From assembly GCA_001662655.1 (NCBI GenBank), contig KV460213.1: a stretch of 64,000 nucleotides of DNA. One strand, given 5' to 3'. Below, piece after piece: positions 56,671 to 64,000 of this stretch. Source of the DNA: Pseudogymnoascus verrucosus (taxonomy: Eukaryota). The notes below the pieces were generated by a model, which saw only the letters and a list, made by a program, of their open reading frames with translations, was not told where the DNA came from and did no database searches. Within the stretch, counting starts at the first letter, position 1. Each line of letters starts with the position of its first letter. A program made the translations under genes and the position numbers.

Positions 56671-58743
56671 CCTTCCGAACACCTATTAACCCGGAAATAA
56701 GCTCATCTCTCCATCAAAATAACCAATATAAACCCATCATGCAAACATCAGACGGAACCCCATCACGTGACCTATCTCTTACCTACCAGCAGCCGTTTTC
56801 ACATTCCCGCGGCGGCGGTCATCTCGATCACCTCCTCCCTCCTCTCCTCCCTCCTCATAACCGCCGGGCAACTCTCGGCAGGCCCCTCTCCCCTCTCCGC
56901 CCCCTCTCTCCCATACCGATTATTCTCCGCTCCGTATAGTGCAGTAAGCACCATCATTACCTCGGAAGCTTGGCACCCCCCCTCACTCCCATACCACCAC
57001 CACGTCAGTCCGAGAAAACGCGAACCATGCGCTGCGTTGCGTTCATCGCGATGGGGTTAATATGAATTATCCCCGTATCCCGGTCACCTTCTATCTTATA
57101 CCCCCCCTTGGTGGACCATGGGAGGGGGAAGCCGGGGGGGGGAGAGGGAGGGGGGAACGTTTTCTGTACGATAGATTGATCTGCAACCACCACCACTGTA
57201 ATCCCACGGGGCTGGCTCTGTTGCTGCTTTGAGCGGCGGCGGGGGGGGGAGGGAGGGGATAACTGTTATTCCCGCGCAGACAGGGCGGGCGGCGCAGGGC
57301 AGGGGATGGGACGGGGAGATCCCAAATCCAATCTCCCCAGCGGCATTTAGGCGTGGAGAACTGAGAGATGGGGAGGTGAGATTGGGGCGCCGGGGGATGG
57401 GGGGATGTGGGGGGGGGGCGCATTGAGCGTGGAAGATGAAGAAGGTCCTAAAGAAGCATTTGGTCTTCTTTCTAGATGGAGATGGAGATGGGGATTATTA
57501 ATAACGGAATAGCTGGTATAGGTACAGTACAGTACAGTATAGTAGCTAGTAGTAGGTAATTACGCGCAACTATACTATTGATGATAATTACGCCGCGACG
57601 GAGATTTGCAAAGGCACCTCGTGATTCTGGCTTTTTTGCCTTTACGAGAAGAGGGAGGTGGTAGATGGAGGTAGGTGCGGTTTTTGCCTTAGCTTGAGTT
57701 GAGTTGAGGTTGTTTCTTTGGGAGAGGAGGCTGGAAGAGCCGCTATGTATGTCTCACATTTCAAATGGGACGGACGGACGGTGTGGCATCCGACAGGCTC
57801 GTCTGGTCTGGGAGGGAAGGCGCGTGGGGAATAGAGTAATGCGTGGGTGGGAAGGTATAGCCTGGCTGGCTGGGCGAGCTGAGGGATAACTCGTGCTGCG
57901 ACTGACTGACTGTATTGTTGCTTACTAGAGTGATAGTCAGTCCTTCCTGCCTCCTGCTCTGTACGTATACCCTCATCCTAGCAGTAGTCCAGAACGACAG
58001 AGCGACAGAGCTATAGAACACTCATGACACTTTCAATTTCTGCGACTTCGGAATGCACATGCACATCGGACCTAGCTCCCCCATTGTAGCTCCCCTCCCC
58101 TACCCCCCATCCCCTATACCCTGCATCCCTGCGCAATATCAACCGCCGTTTTAATACCCTGATCAGAAATGGGAATCAAGGACGATTAGCGGGTCATACA
58201 GGGTGGAGTCTAAGTGGACGGGGTTTGTTGCGCTAGTTGTGTGGTGTGTGGTGGTGGTAGATGGTAGGTGGGCGTACAGTACAGTACAGTAACTAAATCC
58301 ATCAACTACCACATGTTATACGATGTACGGTCGTCAAATCCTTCCCTCCTCACCCACCTCCTCGCTGCTCATGTGGATCGCAATGTGTGGCGACCGTGTG
58401 GGCCCCTTGCAAGTGTAGTGTAGTGTGTTGACCAAAAAAAAAGAAGAGGCTGTGGCTTGCTTGCATGTACCTTCCGCACACACTAATGGTGTGTCTGGTA
58501 CCTACCCTTCGAGCCCATCGCGCGTGGAGTGGAGACATGGAATGGGGAAAATGTCTAAGGCTCAAACGTCGTCTCATCTTGTCTAAAACGCCAATTAACT
58601 AACACACGCACGCAACCACGCAACTTTCAACGCCCCAGGACCAGCGATGGAACCACCTTTGACCCCCTTCCCGCCCCCCCCCCCCCGAATAAGAACCGCA
58701 AAGCAGGATACCAAGCAGGAGGGATGGATGGATCCAGTTACGG

Positions 58744-58785
58744 GATCAGCGATCAGCGATCAGCGATCAGCGATCAGCGATCAGC
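58744..58785 (+). repeat. Perfect heptanucleotide repeat (GATCAGC)x6
   Basis: Directly visible in the sequence. Confidence 0.95.
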
Positions 58786-61700
58786 ATCATCAGGGAAAGA
58801 AGCATGGGCTTTCTTTCTTGCCTTGCCTCTCTCTTTTCCCCCTCCTGCTTTCCCGTGTGTTGACTTGCCACTACCGAAGAGGGAACGGCACGGAAGGAAT
58901 CCCACACTTGCTGTGTCGCGCCCCATCTCCCCCATGCAAACAGATCCATACTCAGGATCCCGAGGAAGGGAAGGTGACGATGGCGGGTGGGTGATGCTTG
59001 TTGTGGTATCGTCGTACCCGGTACACACACAGCGCATCACTTCCCTATGGGGCCCCGAGTCATGAGAGAGAGTTTCTGCAATTGAAGGTGAAGGTGAAGG
59101 CCGGCCGGGTAAAACGTGGTGGGAAAGATGATCAGTTCCCCCCGAGAGCAGCATTTGTGGACTACGGCACTGGGATGGGGATTGCGATTGACGCCCGCGT
59201 GTTCTCGACCGGGCTTGTCTCGTGGGACTAGTGTTTAGAAAAAGAAGCCATGCGTAGTCTCCGTGGTGGACTGTGCTGTGCAGCGATGCGCTTGCGCACA
59301 GCGCCTCCGTGCCGGGGAGATGGTAAGGGACGCGGACGGGGAAGGCGTATGTGATGGCTGTATGTATGTGTGTGATGTGTGTGATGTGATCATGATGTTC
59401 CTGGCAACAATCCAATTCAATTTAATACAATTCCAACCGTAACCCGCTATGGGCGTAAACCTCGGATCAAATCGAGGGATGTGGTAGCACATCACACACC
59501 TTTTCTGTGTATCCTGCTCACACATCTTTGCCATGGGTACGGACAATCCTTGGTGGTTAGGCCTTGGCCTGTCCCTTTTGGCTGTCTGGCCCTTGTGTTC
59601 TTCCTGTCCCATGTTCCTGTGTGGCCCTTGTCAGAATTGAACTTGGAAGAGCATGACTGATGTTTGGGTGGCTGGTGATGTAGAGTTACCATGTGGGATT
59701 GACTTGTGTATTGAATCACACAGAGGGGGTAGGGGTTGGGCCATCCATCATCCATGCCTGCCAATGCACAATATGAATGTCGCTCGTCGATGCGCCCTGC
59801 AGCTAGCTGGGTGATGGTGGTGTGGTGGCTAGGTTGTTGGTCAACGCCTTCCCCTCGTGGCAAGGATCTGAAGGGGGCAAGGATCTGATGGCCGCCGTTG
59901 TTACTACTACTGTAGTGGTAGTTTAGTAGTAGTATGAGTAGTGCTAGTAGTGTCGTAGTAGTGTAATGTTCTGCTTTGGACACTTGCTTGTGGTAGTGGG
60001 GTATGGCTATAGTAACATCTCATACTGTCTGTATACAGTACATGCACCGGCTATCCCTTGGACCTCCCCCCTCCCTCTTTCACCCCTCCCATCCCATCCC
60101 CCTTCCCCTTCCTTGCTAATGCAGAGCACAGGGAACCCGAAAATCTGATGAAAAAGAGAGATGCACATCGGACCAGTCTGTCCATGGCATAACCTAAGTT
60201 GTCAGAGCGTCTTCCTTAAACAGCTCCCGGGTTGCTGGAGAGCCATTATTTGCTGCCTCATCGTGTGTAGCAGTCCTGCACGATTTGCCCATGATGCTCA
60301 ATGCCATTGCCCATTGCCCATTGCCTGTTTAAATGCACATCCGATCCGGTAGCGGAGGGTATTGGAACTGTCAACAGTCGTCATCACTATCGCACTTAAG
60401 TGCCTCACTACTACTCAAACTAACAATTTGAAAACAACAAGCACAAGCAAGAAGCACAAGCACCACAGAAAATGCATATCAGATTACCGCCGTATACGTA
60501 ACTTAACTCCGTCTACACACTCTACACAATGGCCTAGTATCCAGTATCACACACGGTTATGTACAGAAGCCACAGCGGACTAACCTAGAGCCGGTACCTC
60601 CTCCGAAGGTCTCCATCTATAACAGGCATTCCATGCATGGGCCGTCAACGGGTGACAGGATCTAGTGGACGCATTATGAGCAGCAACCTTACGACAACTT
60701 AACAACTTTCCTCCCCTGCTTGCCGCTCCACTAAAGTATGTGGTATGAAGTACTATACTTGCTTGCATCTTACATCTTACATCTGACATACTCTACATAC
60801 ATACCCTTACCCAGCTACACCCAGCTCCCTCTTCAGCCACAAAAGCCTCAAAAGCCTCAAAATACTATACTCCGTACTATACACACACTGACAACAGTGG
60901 ATCTTCCAAGAAAAGTACAGTACCTTCTTCCTTGGACTCTAGACTGTGGATAGTGGATAATAGTGGCCGGTGGACTGTGGACCGCTCCACGCGTTATATG
61001 GCCCCACGAGTATATGCTCCGCTGGCGGCCCTTCCCTGGTCACCCCGACAAAGCCTATGTTATGCCCGCCATGCCCACACCATATCCATAATCCATACCC
61101 ATATCCATAACCCATACCCATACCATGCCTTGCCCATGCTCCCATGCCATGCCCCCATCCCATCCCATCCAGTCTGGAACCCTTCACGCTCGAGACCCCA
61201 AAGCAAGCCACACATCCCACATCCCTCCCTCCCTCCCTTGAACCCCCCCCTTCCACCCCCCCCCGACCCACGAACCCTCGAACCCTTCTTCCGGCAGCAA
61301 TGACCCCAGTCCCGTTCTCTTTTGAGCCGGAAGATCCTCTAACGTTCTTCGTCTCTCCCAGGAGGTCCAACGGAGAAAAAGTCGCAAGTCGTAAGCCCCA
61401 GTAAAAAAAAAGGCCCCCATGCAACTTCCTTGCCCTCTTCCAGGATTAGAAGAGCACATCCCCAATGCATGGGGGGGTAGGGGGAACAGCAACAACTTCC
61501 TTGGTCGAGGCAAAGGCAAGCAGGCGGCGGAGGAGGCGGAAAAAGGGCTGTGACCACTCTGAAATCCGACGCAGGAGGAGTGGAAACGCACATACCGCAA
61601 TAATCCACATACGCACCGCAACCCACCACTACTAACTACTAACTGCTGCTACTACCACCGCACACACATTATCTGGAATTGACAGTTCCTGCGCGCCCGC

Positions 61701-62905
61701 CCGCGCAATTATTCGATTCAATGCCCTGTCGTTCATCTTTGCTTGATTCGTATACTGTGTGCACAAACCCCCCCCGCTCTCCCTCCCCCCCAACGCCAAC
61801 GAGGGTTCCCATCCATATCCTTGCCGGTCAACTAATCTTTCCGTTCAAACTGCCGCCCAGGAACTCGACTTAGCGGTTCCGTCGTGCGATTGTGTTGTAG
61901 TAGTTTGTAGTGGTATTGTTATGTACCCAGTATACCCAGCATACCCAGTATATACCCAGTACTCCTCTATACCCAGTCGCTCTACTCAATGTACTTACCT
62001 TACCATACACATACCATACTCTACTCCTACTATTACTCCTCCATCCCACGCTGCGTACGCCTGCTCATGACTAGCCAGTAGTCCACTTATATTATATCAT
62101 CCCACTTCGTTCTCTCTTCCGTCTGTAATCTTCCCAACTCCACAAACGTCCTCTCCAACAATACCTTATTGAACCACTCACTATATATCCCCCGAGTCCC
62201 GAGTTTCTCTAAACAATTATTTTTTGTGTTACTATTTAATACGCCCGTTCGATTTCCAAACGTCGCTCCCTAGTCTCTCTCTACCCTCACTCTTGAAGGT
62301 GCAATCTCGCCTGCTAATAACCTCAACCCGCCACCACCACTGCATTCTGGATTTGCCACCATCCGATCTGATTACCCTTCTTCAACTTGTTCGCTTTCTG
62401 GTCGATTATCGCCAGCCGTTGCAGTTTAATAAAGATTCGAGGGCATTATTCTTCAAAGGAGCCAACTGATCTGAACGAGCGGGTCGTTTCAGCGGCGACA
62501 GTTCGGCTCTCACTCTCATCAAGCGCTGCTTGCTGGTTTTTGAGAACAGCGCAGCCGAAACCAGAACCGTTTGCGAGGCAGTAAAGCGACTCCTGGTTCA
62601 GACATCACTGCTTTAGTATCTTGTCGCCCTCTAATCAATTCTACAAGTCCTCCACCTGGACCGTACGGCGACTCGTGCACAGTCCACCACCAACGTCCGT
62701 GGACCTGATAGACGCCGTTGTTATCAGTTTCTGCCACCCACCTTTCAGACATTACTTGTCATCCGGTTACTCTTTGGTCTTCCGTCATAGATCGCAATCT
62801 ACCGTTTCTAAAGGCAGACCTGCTCGGACAGAGATAGCCTTCGTCCGCGCGTTGTTCGGCGCAACAGTTGCTACACTACTCTACCTTTCCCAACCCTTCC
62901 TGGCA

Positions 62906-63998
62906 ATGAATCTCTCGAATCTGGTGCACGGGAGGAAGGTGAGACAACCGATGGCTGTGGATTATCTCTCAGAGGAGCAATTTGAGCAGCAAAGGTTCCA
63001 GGCACAGAAGTATCCAGAGTACTACGACGGCAGCTTCGCAGGATCATACGCACAACCAGCACAGTTATACTCATACGTCCAAGTCCCTCAACCGCCGCCG
63101 TCTCCTCCGATGGAGGAAATCGCAAAATGCTCTCTCCCTTCAATATCAAGCCTTCTTGGAATCGCAGACAACAATCCCTCTCAGCAACAAGAACAGTCTC
63201 GTCCAAGTAAGTCCTCAGTTCTCCTCCCTTGACCCCCCATCTAACGCATCACAAGTGTCCCAACATACGTCCGATAGTCGTAAGAACTCCGCACACTACA
63301 CATCATCCAGCGCAGCGACGACGCCGCGACAGTCGCTCCCACTTACTCCACCCACGCACCCTGACTCGGCGCCCGAAAGCCGCCATTCCCCGTCCTCATC
63401 CATCTCATCCACCTCGCAATACAGCTGTGCGTCGACACCCGCAGCGTACAGCTTTCAACCCGGACCCGCTGGCAACGTAGGATTTAACCCAGAGCGAGAG
63501 GGGTTTTCAGGCGCAGAACCGCGGAGAGCTTCCGTGCCTATGTCGCAGCCGCAGTATGGTATTCAATCTTCGTACCCTATGGCACCAGCACAGCAAATGA
63601 ACGGTTACTATCCTCCTCCTATGTCTGGAAATGCTCCTCTTCCAAATGGAGTATACTATCAACAACGGCCACTTCTCAACGTACGTCAAATCCCCCTCAG
63701 TTCTATTATCCCTATACTAATCCAACAACAGTACACAACCCCCCCCTCCACAAACCCCTGGCAACACCACCACTACATCGCCCCCTCCTCCTCCTGCTTC
63801 CCTCTCCCGCAAGACCGCTACATCTGCCCAACCTGCAACAAAGCCTTCTCGCGCCCCTCCAGCCTCAAGATCCACAGCCACAGCCACACGGGCGAGAAGC
63901 CCTTCCGCTGTCCCGTCCGCGGATGTGGCAAGAAGTTTAGCGTGCGGAGTAACATGAAGCGCCACGAGCGGGGGTGCCATGGCGGTGGTATTTGCTGA
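62906..63998 (+). CDS. mtfA: C2H2 zinc-finger transcription factor, MtfA-like; introns 63207-63255 and probably 63681-63731
   Basis: KCSLPSISSLL, LPLTPP and WQHHHY motifs, plus two C-terminal fingers YICPTCNKAFSRPSSLKIHSHSHTGEKPFRC...CGKKFSVRSNMKRHERGCH resembling Aspergillus MtfA. Confidence 0.8.
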
Positions 63999-64000
63999 TG

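Noticed and set aside
62621..62905. TTG-initiated 95-codon extension of the MtfA-like ORF
   Set aside because: The ATG at 62906 is in good context and the extension has no protein-like motif.

Overview
This is eukaryotic DNA from a filamentous ascomycete, with spliceosomal GT-AG introns, CTRAC branch points and Pezizomycotina-type genes. My guess of a Leotiomycete such as Pseudogymnoascus is inference only. The first ~10.5 kb holds a compact candidate catabolic cluster. It comprises a dienelactone hydrolase, four intronless bacterial-like genes (HmgA-like bicupin, orphan TAXI-family solute-binding protein, 4,5-dihydroxyphthalate decarboxylase-like protein, atypical Zn-dehydrogenase), a cytochrome P450 and a DUF1772/anthrone-oxygenase-like gene. 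Three of its promoters share a TTCGG-repeat motif. This cluster is the best candidate for an undescribed system. Next comes a degenerate orphan/pseudogene tract (10.9-14 kb). The rest is housekeeping sequence: LIP5, a GPI protein, MET1, SPC19, a PNPO-like gene, NIPSNAP, ATP18, RRP40, SSZ1, intron-containing tRNA-Asn(GTT), Gemin2/Brr1-like, HAD/CECR5, F-box, AIM11, GH3 beta-glucosidase, SCO1, a coiled-coil protein, a yapsin-like protease and an MtfA-like C2H2 factor. Other oddities are two unrelated tandem arrays of CACGTG E-boxes, a C-rich to G-rich switch inside many genes, and a possible non-AUG start. All family calls come from motif recognition by eye; no searches were run.
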